DNA of 64,000 bases from Microcoleus sp. (lineage in GTDB: Bacteria > Cyanobacteriota > Cyanobacteriia > Cyanobacteriales > Microcoleaceae), in the NCBI GenBank assembly GCA_042408215.1, contig JAYFMW010000013.1, positions 24,082-88,081 on the forward strand, in the 5' to 3' direction. Position numbers and translations under genes: made by a program. Positions 20,283-30,906 of the stretch are shown here, in pieces (position 1 is the stretch's first letter; each line of letters opens with the position of its first letter). Under the pieces are notes generated by a model. It ran no database searches. It saw only the letters and a list, made by a program, of their open reading frames with translations, and was not told the origin of the DNA.

Positions 20283-23200
20283 CTATTTTTCGGTCAGGTT
20301 CCACACACCATCCCAGTTGAGTACGTCTGAAAACTGATGCTGAAATAACATACAGCGATCGACGTGCAATTTAGCAGCCTTGTTTTTGGGATCTATTTGC
20401 AAAACGGCCTTAAATTCGCGTTCAGCATCTGTAAAAGCTTGCTTGGCTTTGGGTTCTAAGGCTTTCTTAACTTCGCTCAGCAGCTTTTTGACCTGATCGA
20501 GTCCCAGATTTTCAAATTCATCATCTAACATTTCTACAACTTCCTCCGAGGCCCGACTTTTAATTTTTGCCTGCAATAGCTGCCTGATCTCTGAGGCTTT
20601 CAGCCTCTTGATTTTGGGATTTGAGGAGGAGTTGATGTCTGCTTCCAAGAGCTTCTTGACTTCGCCCTCTTGCAAGTCCTGAATGTCGGCTGCTGATAAC
20701 TTTCTGACCTTAGATTTTAGCAAGAGTTTGGCTTCATCCTCGGAGAGGTTTTTGATGCCTTCAAGTTTCAGCAGTTTGATTTCTGGCTGCAACAGCACTA
20801 TGAGTTTGTCTGCTTCGGACAGGTTTTTCGGATCGTACTCGGACAGTTGTTTCAGTTGATGTAACAGCTTTTTGAGCTGATATTCCAACTGTTGCTCGAC
20901 AGTGTAGGAAAGTTTTTTCAGCTCTGCCTCCGGCATCTGCTTGACCTTGGTTAATAATTCTATCATCTCTGCTTCTGAAAGTCTTTGGGTCACTGGTGTC
21001 TTGTAATGTTCGCGCCCCTGGCTGTAATTTTCGATAATCTGTTGCTGTTTTGGGGTTAGGGGCTTGCCAATTGACGAAAAACCTTCCCGGATGCCGACGA
21101 GTTCGTAAACGATGACGGGTTCGCTTTTGCCTTTGACAGTAATGAAGTCGAGTTCCCGCACGTAGAGTCGATCTTTGTATTCTCTGTATGTGTTGTCGCT
21201 GATGATTAAGTCAGTGCCGTACTGCTTGCTGGCGCTTTCTAAGCGAGAGGCGAGATTTACCCCATCTCCGATCGAAGTCAGTTCCATCCGTTTGCTCGAG
21301 CCAATATTGCCACTGACAACTTCGTCGGAATGGACGCCCATCCCAATGCCGATCGGCAATTCGCCATTAGCAATGCGATCGTCATTGAATTCTGCCAGTT
21401 TTTCCCGCATTTCCACTGCGGTTTGCATCGCGCACCAGCCATGATCTTCTAGGGGGGCTGGAGAGCCAAAAACTGCCATCAGAGCATCGCCGATGTATTT
21501 ATCGAGTGTACCGCCGTACTTGAATACGACATCTACCATCACTTCAAAGTATTGGTTGAGCATGACCACCACTTCTTCGGCTTGCAATTTTTCCGTAAGT
21601 GTGGTATAGCTGCGAATATCGGAGAACAGCACCGAAACGTTTTTGCGCTTACCTCCCAATCCTGTATCCCCTGAAGCCAACAACGCTTCGGCTACTTCTG
21701 GGGTCATGTAGCGGTACATCAAGTTTTTGACTTGCTTGGCGCTGCTGATATCTTCCATGACGACTAATGCGCCGTTGACCTTACTAGGGTCAGTAGCATC
21801 GGTCATTGAGTTGATCGAGAGATTAATACTCTGCGCTTCTCCTTCTAAGGCGATCAATACTTGGTCGGGGTAATATTGCTGGCGGTCTTGCTCGGATTCG
21901 GGAGACAAAGCAAGATCGAACCATTTGGCAAAATCGCCTTTTTCTAACTTAATTAACTCCCGCAAAGATTGACCTTCGGCTAATTCGGCATCGCTGACAC
22001 CCAGTAATTGCTTAGCACTAGGATTGGTCGCTACTATATTCCCTTTTTTATCGGTAGAGATCACGCCATTAGTTAGCGCGTGCAGCATATCTTTTTGTCT
22101 TTGTTCTTGCTGCTTGACTTCGGCAAATAGTTTAGCGTTTTGCAGGGCGACTCCTGCTTGGATATTAAACGCCTGCATAAATTCCATATCGCTGCGATTG
22201 AAACTCGCTTTCCACTGTTCGGGGGACTCTGGCCAGTGTTCTGGGTTGTAGGGGGGGAATTCTCCCTGTCTTTTTTTATTGATTAATTGAGTAACTCCAA
22301 TCAATTTGTGGTCTGCATTAAACACTGGCATACAGAGCATACTGCAAGTACGGTAGCCACTTTTTTTGTCGGTTTCTTTGGAAGTTGCGGCGCGGGGGTC
22401 GTGGTACAGGTCAAAGGGAATCAGCAGTGGTTCGCCGGATTGGGCAACAATACCTGCAAAACCCGCTGTTCTGGGTATGCGAATTTCTTGAAGTTGACCT
22501 GCGATCGGGATTTTTGTCCAGAGTTGATTTCGATCTTCATCGATCAGCCACAAGGTGCTGCGATCGGCATTCATCAGTTCTTGAGCCTGAGCCATCACCC
22601 GCTTGAGGGTATCTTCTAAGTCTAGACTGCTCTGAGAAAGAGCGTTGACGGCGTTCATCAGGGCTGTCGCAGCCCGCTGTCTTTGAGTTGCTGCGTAGAA
22701 AGATTTGGAAGACTCTAGAATTAGGCGAATCGACGGCGCGAATTCTGTAAAGATTTGTTCGTCTTCTCTAGTAAATCCTTCCTTGTCAATCTGTTCGTCT
22801 AAATGACCGTAATTTTGGTGATTCGGCTTGAGTTTATTAATGAGTTGAACGACTGCTACTAACTCTTGCGTGTCTTCGTTGATCAGGGGCATCGCCAGCA
22901 TTGTATAGGTGCGATATCCTGTTCTTTCGTCAGTTTTTTTGGCGTTAGTCGAGCGGGGGTCGTTATAAAAATCATAAGGAATGTTAACGACTGTTCTGTT
23001 CGTGGCTACTTCTCCAGCAATGCCGACATTGGCGGGAAATCTGAGTTCTAGGTTGTTGCCATTTTCGTCTTTAGCGACAATGGCCCAGAGTTCATTTTTT
23101 TCGTCGTCTAATAAAAATATGGTGCTGCGATCGGCATTGAGCAATTCCCCGGTTTTGAGGGTGATCGACTGCAACATTTCGTTAAGAATGGCGTCAAACC

Positions 23201-23456
23201 CCTGGCTGTCTAGGAGGTTGTCGAGCATTCCCAAGGTTTGATTGACAACCCTCAGTTTGTTCTCTACGTCCTTAGCAACTCCTTTAAAACTATCCTTGTT
23301 TAGGGGTGCGAGGAAACTGGAGAAGTTTCCTTCGCTTTTGACAATTTGACTACTGCTAGAGGGATGGTGTTCGTGCTGTTGCTGACGATTTTGACCGACA
23401 ACAGAGACATCTATCACGTTTTCCATAGCTGACAGATTGGAAGATGCAAAATTCAT
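20283..23456 (-). CDS. cyaB: Adenylate cyclase, GAF-GAF-PAS-cyclase-TPR architecture (CyaB type)
   Basis: Two GAF domains (ADRST..QLINK), PAS, VLFSDIRSYT, DKYIGDALMAVFG, GDGVNLASRLE and terminal WDGVWNLTEK. Confidence 0.93.
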   Translation of the reverse strand: MNFASSNLSAMENVIDVSVVGQNRQQQHEHHPSSSSQIVKSEGNFSSFLAPLNKDSFKGVAKDVENKLRVVNQTLGMLDNLLDSQGFDAILNEMLQSITLKTGELLNADRSTIFLLDDEKNELWAIVAKDENGNNLELRFPANVGIAGEVATNRTVVNIPYDFYNDPRSTNAKKTDERTGYRTYTMLAMPLINEDTQELVAVVQLINKLKPNHQNYGHLDEQIDKEGFTREDEQIFTEFAPSIRLILESSKSFYAATQRQRAATALMNAVNALSQSSLDLEDTLKRVMAQAQELMNADRSTLWLIDEDRNQLWTKIPIAGQLQEIRIPRTAGFAGIVAQSGEPLLIPFDLYHDPRAATSKETDKKSGYRTCSMLCMPVFNADHKLIGVTQLINKKRQGEFPPYNPEHWPESPEQWKASFNRSDMEFMQAFNIQAGVALQNAKLFAEVKQQEQRQKDMLHALTNGVISTDKKGNIVATNPSAKQLLGVSDAELAEGQSLRELIKLEKGDFAKWFDLALSPESEQDRQQYYPDQVLIALEGEAQSINLSINSMTDATDPSKVNGALVVMEDISSAKQVKNLMYRYMTPEVAEALLASGDTGLGGKRKNVSVLFSDIRSYTTLTEKLQAEEVVVMLNQYFEVMVDVVFKYGGTLDKYIGDALMAVFGSPAPLEDHGWCAMQTAVEMREKLAEFNDDRIANGELPIGIGMGVHSDEVVSGNIGSSKRMELTSIGDGVNLASRLESASKQYGTDLIISDNTYREYKDRLYVRELDFITVKGKSEPVIVYELVGIREGFSSIGKPLTPKQQQIIENYSQGREHYKTPVTQRLSEAEMIELLTKVKQMPEAELKKLSYTVEQQLEYQLKKLLHQLKQLSEYDPKNLSEADKLIVLLQPEIKLLKLEGIKNLSEDEAKLLLKSKVRKLSAADIQDLQEGEVKKLLEADINSSSNPKIKRLKASEIRQLLQAKIKSRASEEVVEMLDDEFENLGLDQVKKLLSEVKKALEPKAKQAFTDAEREFKAVLQIDPKNKAAKLHVDRCMLFQHQFSDVLNWDGVWNLTEK

Positions 23457-23853
23457 AGACCTTTACAGAATCTTAAGCGTAAGGGGTTGTTTGGACTAGC
23501 TGAAATTGTGACATCGCCACTTGCTAATTATGTGTGCTGCTTTCTACAATTGTGGTTTTTAAGTTGAATTTCTGTCAATTTGGCTGCTGTAACAGTAGTT
23601 GGGACGGCAAATTTGGGATTCGATCGCAGGTGGCGATCGCGTTACACAGCTTAAAGTGGCAGAAAAGCGCTGTTTTTGCTTAAGTCATAGCAGCAATAAA
23701 TTATTGAGTTGCGGCTTCGAGGCCGCTGACCTGAGAAGTAGTTTGTCAATTTCCTCAGTGATCTACAAGTATTTTTAGTAAAAATAGCGGTCGCTATTGT
23801 TAGTGTAACCTGGGACTATCCAAAGTCCGCATCTCACCCCTCGATCGAGTTAA

Positions 23854-24040
23854 TCGATTTGAGATTTGAGATTTGAGATTTGAGGAGTGACCCCCACAGC
23901 CCTTCGGAGTTCCCATTTGACCGAAAGCATCCAGGGTACAAGCCCCCGGATTTATTCCTTCGCAGACTCAGGACGGGGTCGCTTTCTTCAATCAACCAAT
24001 CCTCCCATCTTCCCATCTAAAATCTCAAAACTCAAATCGA
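23854..24040. mobile_element. MITE-like element with heptamer-repeat inverted ends
   Basis: TCGATTTGAGATTTGAG...AAATCTCAAAACTCAAATCGA; internal GGTACAAGCCCCCGGATTTAT is shared, as reverse complement, with the insert at 54051-54190. Confidence 0.65.
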
Positions 24041-24054
24041 AGCAACCCAATTGC

Positions 24055-25836
24055 TTAATTGTCAAGGACAGGCTCAGAGTTTGGGGTACGTCGAGCCGTT
24101 TGGCGCAGGGAGGCTGCTTGAACGAGCAGGGATTCAGCAAAGGCGATGGCTTCTGTTTCCGATCGACCGCTAGCAAGTTGGGCCAGTTCTTCGCGCCGCT
24201 CCAACTGGCTGTTGAGGGTAGCAACTCGCACGACTGTGCGTTCGGAAGGTTGGTTATGGGCTGCGTCTTCCTGTTGGCCGTCTCGTGCTTCGATGGTTTG
24301 TTTGTTGACGCGAAAGTGACAGTCGGCCATTGCAGCAATTAAGGGTTGGTGGGTGACGCAGAGAACTTGGTGTTTGTCTGAGAGTTGGTAGAGTTTCCCC
24401 GCGATCGCACTGGCGACTTTCCCGGAGACTCCGGCATCGATTTCGTCGAAGATCAGGGTGGCGGCGCCGTCTATTTGAGAAAAACAGGCTTTGATAGCGA
24501 GCAGAAAGCGGGTCATTTCTCCCCCGGAGGCGATCGCACTCATCGGTTGCAGGGGTTCCCCCGGATTGGGACTGAAACAAAAGGCGATGTAGTCTGCACC
24601 TGTGGCTGTAGGGGTACTGGCTCTGATTTCGACTTGAAATTGCACTTTTTCCATCGCTAGGGGCTTGAGTTCTGCGACTAGGTGCGTTTCGAGGTTGAGA
24701 GCTGCTTCGCGCCGGAGGGTGCTGAGGTGGCTGCAAGCGTCTTTTAATTGCTCAATAGAGGCTTGATATGCGAGTTCTAAGGCTTCGATTGACTCCCCGC
24801 CTTCTAAAAGTTCGTTTAATTCGTTTTGGATGCTTTGGTAGTAGGCTATCGACTCTTTTAGTGGCCCGTATTTGCGACAGATTTGTTTAAGTTCCCGAAT
24901 TCGATCTTCTACTTCTTCGAGTCTTTGCGGATCTGCTTCTAATTGTTCGCCGTAGCTGCTAATTTGCCTGCTGGCTTCTGTGGCTTGAGCTAAGGCATCT
25001 GTTACCATTTCGAGGATTGGTTGCAACTGGACATCGTAGACTGCCAGATCATGTAAAATTACCTCGGCTTTGCTCAACAAGTCGGCGGCAGATGTGGTGT
25101 CGCCCTCGTTTTGATAAAGGGCTTGGAAAACTCGGTAACTCTGCTGCTGCAACTCGACGATGTGACTAAGCCTGATGGATTCTTGTTCTAGGTGTTCCAA
25201 TTCGCCGGCGTCTGCGAGGTGGGCTTCGCCTAGTTCTCGGACTTGGTACTCTAATAAATCGAGTCTTTGGAGCCGCTGCTGTTCTGACTGACGCCTGCGG
25301 TTGAGGGCTGTTTTGGCAGAGCTGGCGACCAGCCATGCTGCGGTGACATTCGATCGCGCTGCGGTGATAGTTTTGCCGCCGTAGAGATCGAGCCATTCTC
25401 GCTGGAGGGTTTCTTGTCCGAGTTGGACGGTTTGGCCTTGGGCGGTAATTTCGACGAGTCGATCGCGCAGTTGCTCCATTAACGGCCGATTGACGAGAAT
25501 TCCGTTCAAACGCGATCGACTACGCAGAGTACCGCTAGATGCAGTAATTTCCCGGCTGCAAACTGCTAAATTTCCATCTATGGGTTCGATGTCTTGCCCG
25601 CTGAGCCAATCGGCGGCAGCTTTGTTCAATTCAAAGGTAGCTTCTAATATTGCCCGCGCTGCTCCTGTGCGAATCGATCGGCGATCGACCTTGCCGCCCA
25701 AGACTGCATCGATCGCATCTAGGATAATCGATTTACCAGCACCAGTTTCGCCTGTAAATACGTTCAAACTCGGTCCAAATTCTAGGTCAAGGCAGTCAAT
25801 TAGGGCAAAGTTTTGAATTCTGAGGGATAGTAACAT
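24055..25836 (-). CDS. recN: DNA repair protein RecN
   Basis: TGETGAGKS Walker A, long coiled coil, ASGGE signature and IFDEIDAG. Confidence 0.98.
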   Translation of the reverse strand: MLLSLRIQNFALIDCLDLEFGPSLNVFTGETGAGKSIILDAIDAVLGGKVDRRSIRTGAARAILEATFELNKAAADWLSGQDIEPIDGNLAVCSREITASSGTLRSRSRLNGILVNRPLMEQLRDRLVEITAQGQTVQLGQETLQREWLDLYGGKTITAARSNVTAAWLVASSAKTALNRRRQSEQQRLQRLDLLEYQVRELGEAHLADAGELEHLEQESIRLSHIVELQQQSYRVFQALYQNEGDTTSAADLLSKAEVILHDLAVYDVQLQPILEMVTDALAQATEASRQISSYGEQLEADPQRLEEVEDRIRELKQICRKYGPLKESIAYYQSIQNELNELLEGGESIEALELAYQASIEQLKDACSHLSTLRREAALNLETHLVAELKPLAMEKVQFQVEIRASTPTATGADYIAFCFSPNPGEPLQPMSAIASGGEMTRFLLAIKACFSQIDGAATLIFDEIDAGVSGKVASAIAGKLYQLSDKHQVLCVTHQPLIAAMADCHFRVNKQTIEARDGQQEDAAHNQPSERTVVRVATLNSQLERREELAQLASGRSETEAIAFAESLLVQAASLRQTARRTPNSEPVLDN

Positions 25837-25965
25837 AAGAAACGGGGAATGGGGAATGGGGAATGGGGAATGGGGAATTCGCCCCTAGTAAAAACCAGGG
25901 AACAGTAAAAAAACCAGTGGATTTTGGGTTTTTAAACATAATTTTAAGACCATTTTTTACTTATT

Positions 25966-27066
25966 TTATTCAATAAAACCTAAGTGTTTTCTAGCAGCAG
26001 CCGTTACCAGTCTGCCCCGATTTGTCCGCTGCAAAAATCCGATTTGCATTAAGTATGGTTCGTAGACTTCCTCAATGGTTTGAGTGTCTTCTCCTGTGGC
26101 AGCGGCGAGGGTTTCTAATCCCACTGGGCCACCGTTAAAGTTCTCAATCATTGCTGTCAAAATCCGCCGATCTGTCCAATCTAGACCTAGGGGATCGACG
26201 TTGAACAATTCGAGGGCAAGTGAGGCAACTTCGGCATTAATTGGCTTTAAATTTTTGACTTCGCTGTAGTCTCTAACTCGCCGCAGCAAGCGGTTAGCAA
26301 TGCGGGGTGTGCCGCGAGATCTGCGGGCAATTTCTGTGGCTCCTTCTGGGGTAATTTTAGTGTCGAGAACTTGGGCTGTTCTTTGGACAATTAGACTAAG
26401 TTCGTCTATTTCGTAGTAGCGCAATCTTTGGATTAAGCCGAATCGATCGCGCAAGGGAGATGTCAGGGACCCAACTTTTGTGGTGGCTCCTACTAAGGTA
26501 AACGGTTTGAGGGGAATGCTGCGGATTTTTGCACTTTTACCTTGACCGATCATAATATCTAAGCGGCAGTCTTCCATCGCCGGATAGAGGATTTCTTCTG
26601 TAACTTTGGATAAACGGTGAATTTCGTCAATAAACAGCACGTCGCCTGCTTTGAGGCTGATTAGCAATCCGACAATATCGCGGGGTTTTTCTAGGGCTGG
26701 GGCTGTGGTGATTTTGCAGTCAACTTCCATTTCTGTTGCTAGAATTAGCGACATTGTGGTTTTGCCTAACCCGGGTGGCCCGTAAAGTAACAGGTGATCG
26801 AGGGGTTCGTTTCGGGATTTGGCGGCTTGAATTGCGATCGCCAAAACTTCTCTCAAGTCTTTTTGACCGATGTATTCAGCTAATCGCTGGGGCCGAATTT
26901 TGTCGTCTTGTTTGCTGATGATTTCGTCTGGTAACTCTTGGGGTTCTACCAGAGATTCCGGCTGGGGTTTGACGGCTTTATTTTTTATTTTTTGGGGGGG
27001 CGCTGGGGCAATGTCTTCGGGTAAATTTGGGTCGGGTGGTTGTTGTTTGGAGGAGATAATTGCCAT
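25966..27066 (-). CDS. ruvB: Holliday junction branch migration helicase RuvB
   Basis: [40 protein letters not shown] and GGPVG. Confidence 0.99.
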   Translation of the reverse strand: MAIISSKQQPPDPNLPEDIAPAPPQKIKNKAVKPQPESLVEPQELPDEIISKQDDKIRPQRLAEYIGQKDLREVLAIAIQAAKSRNEPLDHLLLYGPPGLGKTTMSLILATEMEVDCKITTAPALEKPRDIVGLLISLKAGDVLFIDEIHRLSKVTEEILYPAMEDCRLDIMIGQGKSAKIRSIPLKPFTLVGATTKVGSLTSPLRDRFGLIQRLRYYEIDELSLIVQRTAQVLDTKITPEGATEIARRSRGTPRIANRLLRRVRDYSEVKNLKPINAEVASLALELFNVDPLGLDWTDRRILTAMIENFNGGPVGLETLAAATGEDTQTIEEVYEPYLMQIGFLQRTNRGRLVTAAARKHLGFIE

Positions 27067-27137
27067 ATCTATATGCGATCTGCCATCGGAAATTGTTTAC
27101 AATTATTAGAATAGTCTTGATAATTATTGAGTTGGCT

Positions 27138-27689
27138 ATGAGTATTCCATCTGATTTATTAGCATCGGAAAGTATAACTTTTGAGGGGGCGATCGCGCTG
27201 ACTCAATCTTTATTGTCGGAAATTGAGGACGATCGACTTTCAGAGACCGAGATAGAGCAAGCTGTGGCTTCTCTGGTGAAGACACAGAACGGTGCTAGGG
27301 GGTTTTTTGTCACTTATCTGACGGACGATCGACCAATGGCAGATCAACCATCCCCAGGCGTGCTGGATGCACTGCGCGAGGATCCTGAGATCGTAGCAGA
27401 ACTGCTGGTGAAAAATCTGGCGATGTCGGCGGCAATGGTTGTGCATCATTCGCGCCACCAAAGGGAGAGTATGTTGTCGAAGATGGCGGCGGACTCTGGG
27501 AGGGTGCTGGCGCGATCTCGCCATCTAATTCAAACTCTGCAAATGCCTGCTTGTCAAACTCTAGCGGAGCAAATGCTGGAAAGTTTAAGGAATGGAGAGG
27601 GCGAATACGAGGCGTTTTTCCAGCGGTGGGGCTACGATGGGGAGCAAAAAGTGGCGATCGGTTCGGCATTGCGGGGGGCGATCGAATAA
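27138..27689 (+). CDS. Conserved cyanobacterial hypothetical protein
   Basis: NGARGFFVTYLT, ELLVKNLAMS and FFQRWGYDGEQ; ATG at 27138. Confidence 0.8.
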   Translation: MSIPSDLLASESITFEGAIALTQSLLSEIEDDRLSETEIEQAVASLVKTQNGARGFFVTYLTDDRPMADQPSPGVLDALREDPEIVAELLVKNLAMSAAMVVHHSRHQRESMLSKMAADSGRVLARSRHLIQTLQMPACQTLAEQMLESLRNGEGEYEAFFQRWGYDGEQKVAIGSALRGAIE

Positions 27690-27822
27690 TCAAGGAAGTT
27701 GGGCAACGGATGTACGGGATGTAACGGATGTAACGGAAGTCAGGAAGACCGAAGTTGGAAGAAGGAATTTTTTGTTTAAACTTACATCTTGCAGCATTTT
27801 CAATCAGCTTTTCACGGGCGGG

Positions 27823-28145
27823 CTAGGGCGTGTCTTCAAACTTCTCCATCAGATTCAGAACCCCCTAAATCCCCCTTAAAAAGCAGGGCGGTTTCATTCT
27901 CTTGTAGGGGCGGTGCCAAGAGTGCCCGCCCAGAGGTCTGAAACGCTGATTTGATGGTTGGTGGGGGGGGTAGGCACGGGGAGTAGGGGTCGCACTACCC
28001 CTACAAAATCGCGGTTTTTCCGAGAATGAAACAGCCCTGCCTTAAAAAGGGAGTAGGGTGTGAGTAGGGGGTGACTTTCAAGCTCTTTCTCCCCCCTTTT
28101 TAAGGGGGGCTGGGGGGGATCTCTAGGTTTGAAAACACGCCCTAG
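27823..28145. mobile_element. Nested MITE stack: outer element with CTAG TSD, inner 156-bp element with 10-bp TSD
   Basis: Outer: CTAG-GGCGTGTCTTCAAAC...GTTTGAAAACACGCC-CTAG. Inner 27884-28039 has 18-bp TIR CAGGGC(G/T)GTTTCATTCTC flanked by CCTTAAAAAG on both sides. Confidence 0.9.
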
Positions 28146-28373
28146 GAGAGCCCACCCCACAATAAAATTCACTCTTTGTGGAACGGGCCGAAGAGCCCGT
28201 TCCTCAGAATAGTGCCTGATATTCGGTTCAAAAAGAGTCCCTCTGGGTGCGGCTGGCCGACAAAACCTTGATCAAAGCGGCGAGGCTGTGGAATAATTGC
28301 GGTTTAGCAACCATCTGCGGTCAAGCAGCTTGAGTTGATTTAGGTGTGAAGGTAGCGAACGAGGGCGAAAAAA

Positions 28374-29216
28374 TTGCTGAGATCGGTAAAAGGAGTTGCC
28401 CAAAAATCCCGAATGGTTAGTGGCGGGCGGCGGGCGAAGCTCAATCTACTGGCAACATTAGTGCGCCGGGACTTAGAAGCTCAATACAAAGGCTCAATTC
28501 TGGGCAACTTGTGGCCGCTGCTGAATCAGCTATCGCAATTGCTGATTTACACGTATGTATTCTCGATCGTCCTCAAGGTAAAACTCAACCTTGCAGGCTT
28601 CCCAGAAAACAGCGACATTACCTTTGGAGTCTGGCTGTTTGCAGGTTTGCTGCCTTGGAGTGCCTTTACCAGCGGTTTAATTAAGTCGGGAGTATCCGTA
28701 GTAGGGCAGCCAAATTTAGTGAAAAAAGTGGTATTTCCCCTCGGTTTACTCCCGTTAGTGCCGATTTTGACAGCTTTTATTGAAAGTTCTCTCGGTCTAG
28801 CAGCTTTGATTGTCATAGTCGCAGTGTCGTCCCACAAGCTCAACGCTACATTGTGCTTGCTGCCGCTGGTGTGGGTGCCTCAGTTGCTGATCGCTGCGGG
28901 CTTGGGATATTTGACTGCGGGGTTGACGGTGTTTTTGCGAGATATTCCTCAAACTTTAGGTGTTATTCTAAATTTTTGGTTTTATTTAACGCCGATCGTC
29001 TATCCAGCATCAGTCATTCCCGAACAGTGGCGAGTGTGGATATTTTGGCTGAATCCAATGGCAGCAATCTCAGAAGTTTATCGCGAGCTCATACTGCTTG
29101 GAGAAGTGAAACACTGGGGCGAATGGGGTGTAGCCACACTAATTTCTGCTGCTATATTTTGTGGAGGTTTTGCGGTTTACCGGCGTTTGCGTCCCGCTTT
29201 TGCTGACGTGCTGTAA
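28374..29216 (+). CDS. wzm: Polysaccharide ABC transporter permease (Wzm/RfbA)
   Basis: RRDLEAQYKGSILG, LVKKVVFP, FYLTPIVYP, WLNPM and terminal FADVL. Confidence 0.95.
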   Translation: MLRSVKGVAQKSRMVSGGRRAKLNLLATLVRRDLEAQYKGSILGNLWPLLNQLSQLLIYTYVFSIVLKVKLNLAGFPENSDITFGVWLFAGLLPWSAFTSGLIKSGVSVVGQPNLVKKVVFPLGLLPLVPILTAFIESSLGLAALIVIVAVSSHKLNATLCLLPLVWVPQLLIAAGLGYLTAGLTVFLRDIPQTLGVILNFWFYLTPIVYPASVIPEQWRVWIFWLNPMAAISEVYRELILLGEVKHWGEWGVATLISAAIFCGGFAVYRRLRPAFADVL

Positions 29217-29475
29217 ATTGGTTTTAGATCTGCTGTAAATTTGTTTTAGATCTCAAGTCAATCTAAAATCTAAAATCTAAAATCTAAAAGACGTGCTGTA
29301 AATTGGTTTTAGATCTGCTGTAAATTTGTTTTAGATCTCAAGTCAATCTAAAATCTAAAATCTAAAATCTAAAATCTAAAAGACGTGCTGTAAATTGGTT
29401 TTAGATCTGCTGTAAATTTGTTTTAGATCTCAAGTCAATCTAAAATCTAAAATCTAAAATCTAAAATCTAAAATC
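29205..29475. repeat. Triplication of the wzm 3' end plus a TCTAAAA heptamer tract
   Basis: Units start GACGTGCTGTAAATTGG at 29205, 29290 and 29382 (periods 85 and 92 bp). Confidence 0.9.
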
Positions 29476-29477
29476 GG

Positions 29478-30890
29478 ATGACAGAAACTGTAATTTCACT
29501 AAAAAATGTTTCCAAATGCTTTAAGCGGTACGATCGTCCAGGAGACCGCTTAAAGGAAATGATTTATCCCAGCAAAAAACTTGCTGACGAATTTTGGGCT
29601 CTGCAAGACATCAACCTGGAAATTTCTCAGGGACAAACTCTGGGAATTGTCGGCCGCAACGGTTCGGGAAAAAGCACTCTCCTGCAAATAATTGTGGGGA
29701 CGCTAACACCTACCGCAGGAAGCGTCGAGGTGAAAGGGCGAGTCTCGGCTTTGTTGGAACTCGGAAGCGGTTTTAACCCGGAATTCACCGGGCGGCAAAA
29801 TGTGTTTTTTAACGCTCAAATACTGGGATTCAATCAAAAAGAAACCGCAGAAAAATTTGACGAAATAGCTGCTTTTGCTGATATTGGAGATTTCATAGAA
29901 CAGCCGGTCAAGACTTATTCTAGCGGTATGTTTGTCAGGCTGGCTTTTGCAGTTGCGACTAGCGTTGAGCCGGATATTCTGGTGGTTGATGAGGCACTTT
30001 CTGTCGGTGACGAAGCTTTTCAGCGTAAGTGTTTTGCCCGTTTGCAGTCAATTCAAGAAGGTGGGGGAACGATTTTATTTGTTTCTCACGCTGCTACTTC
30101 TGTGGTGCAACTTTGTACATCGGCGATTTTAATGGATGGCGGTGAATTGCTGCTCGCTCACACGCCGAAGGTGGTAATTTCTAAATATCAAAAGTTGATT
30201 TATGCCGATCCAGATAAAGTTTTGGAGTTGAAAGAAGACCTTCGAGTATTGAATAAGCTGACCAAGCAGGAATCTGAAGATGATTTTCAGGATGTTACTT
30301 TAGCAAGCACAAATGGGGAAGTTAAACAAGAGCAATCCCTACCAAAACTTAAGGAATATTACGACGAGTTTTACGATCCAGGAATGATACCATCGAATAC
30401 GGTGAGGTATCCGTCTAGGGGGGCGGAAATTCTTCATCCCCGCATCACGACGCTGAAGGGAAATGTGGTAAATCACTTGATTGGGCGTCAAGATTATATT
30501 TACACTTACTCGGTCACTTTCTCCTTGTCTACTTCCAAAGTTAGGTTTGGAATGTTGATTAAAACCATTAGCGGTTTTGAGTTGTCTGGTGCTTCTTTGA
30601 AGGCTTCTACTCAGTCAGTTAAGTATGTGGAAGCGGGAACGACAATTGTAGTAAAGTTTCAGTTTAAATGTTTGCTAAATCCAGGGGTTTATTTTTTGAA
30701 TGCGGGGGTTGTGGGAACGGTAGATGAAGATTTGACTTATCTCGATCGCTGTGTTGATGTGGCAATGTTTAGAGTTCAGTCTTGTACTGAATCCTGCGGT
30801 AACGGCATCGTTGACTTGCTGATAGAACCGTGTTTAACTGTGATCGATTCTGATGCTATGGTTAAACAGACATCCACCGAGGTTATTTAG
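29478..30890 (+). CDS. wzt: Polysaccharide ABC transporter ATPase with C-terminal carbohydrate-binding (Wzt_C) domain
   Basis: GRNGSGKST, YSSGMFVRLAF and VVDEALSVGD; beta-rich C-terminal extension (LNPGVYFLNAGV). Confidence 0.95.
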   Translation: MTETVISLKNVSKCFKRYDRPGDRLKEMIYPSKKLADEFWALQDINLEISQGQTLGIVGRNGSGKSTLLQIIVGTLTPTAGSVEVKGRVSALLELGSGFNPEFTGRQNVFFNAQILGFNQKETAEKFDEIAAFADIGDFIEQPVKTYSSGMFVRLAFAVATSVEPDILVVDEALSVGDEAFQRKCFARLQSIQEGGGTILFVSHAATSVVQLCTSAILMDGGELLLAHTPKVVISKYQKLIYADPDKVLELKEDLRVLNKLTKQESEDDFQDVTLASTNGEVKQEQSLPKLKEYYDEFYDPGMIPSNTVRYPSRGAEILHPRITTLKGNVVNHLIGRQDYIYTYSVTFSLSTSKVRFGMLIKTISGFELSGASLKASTQSVKYVEAGTTIVVKFQFKCLLNPGVYFLNAGVVGTVDEDLTYLDRCVDVAMFRVQSCTESCGNGIVDLLIEPCLTVIDSDAMVKQTSTEVI

Positions 30891-30906
30891 AAATCCTGTG
30901 AAAATA

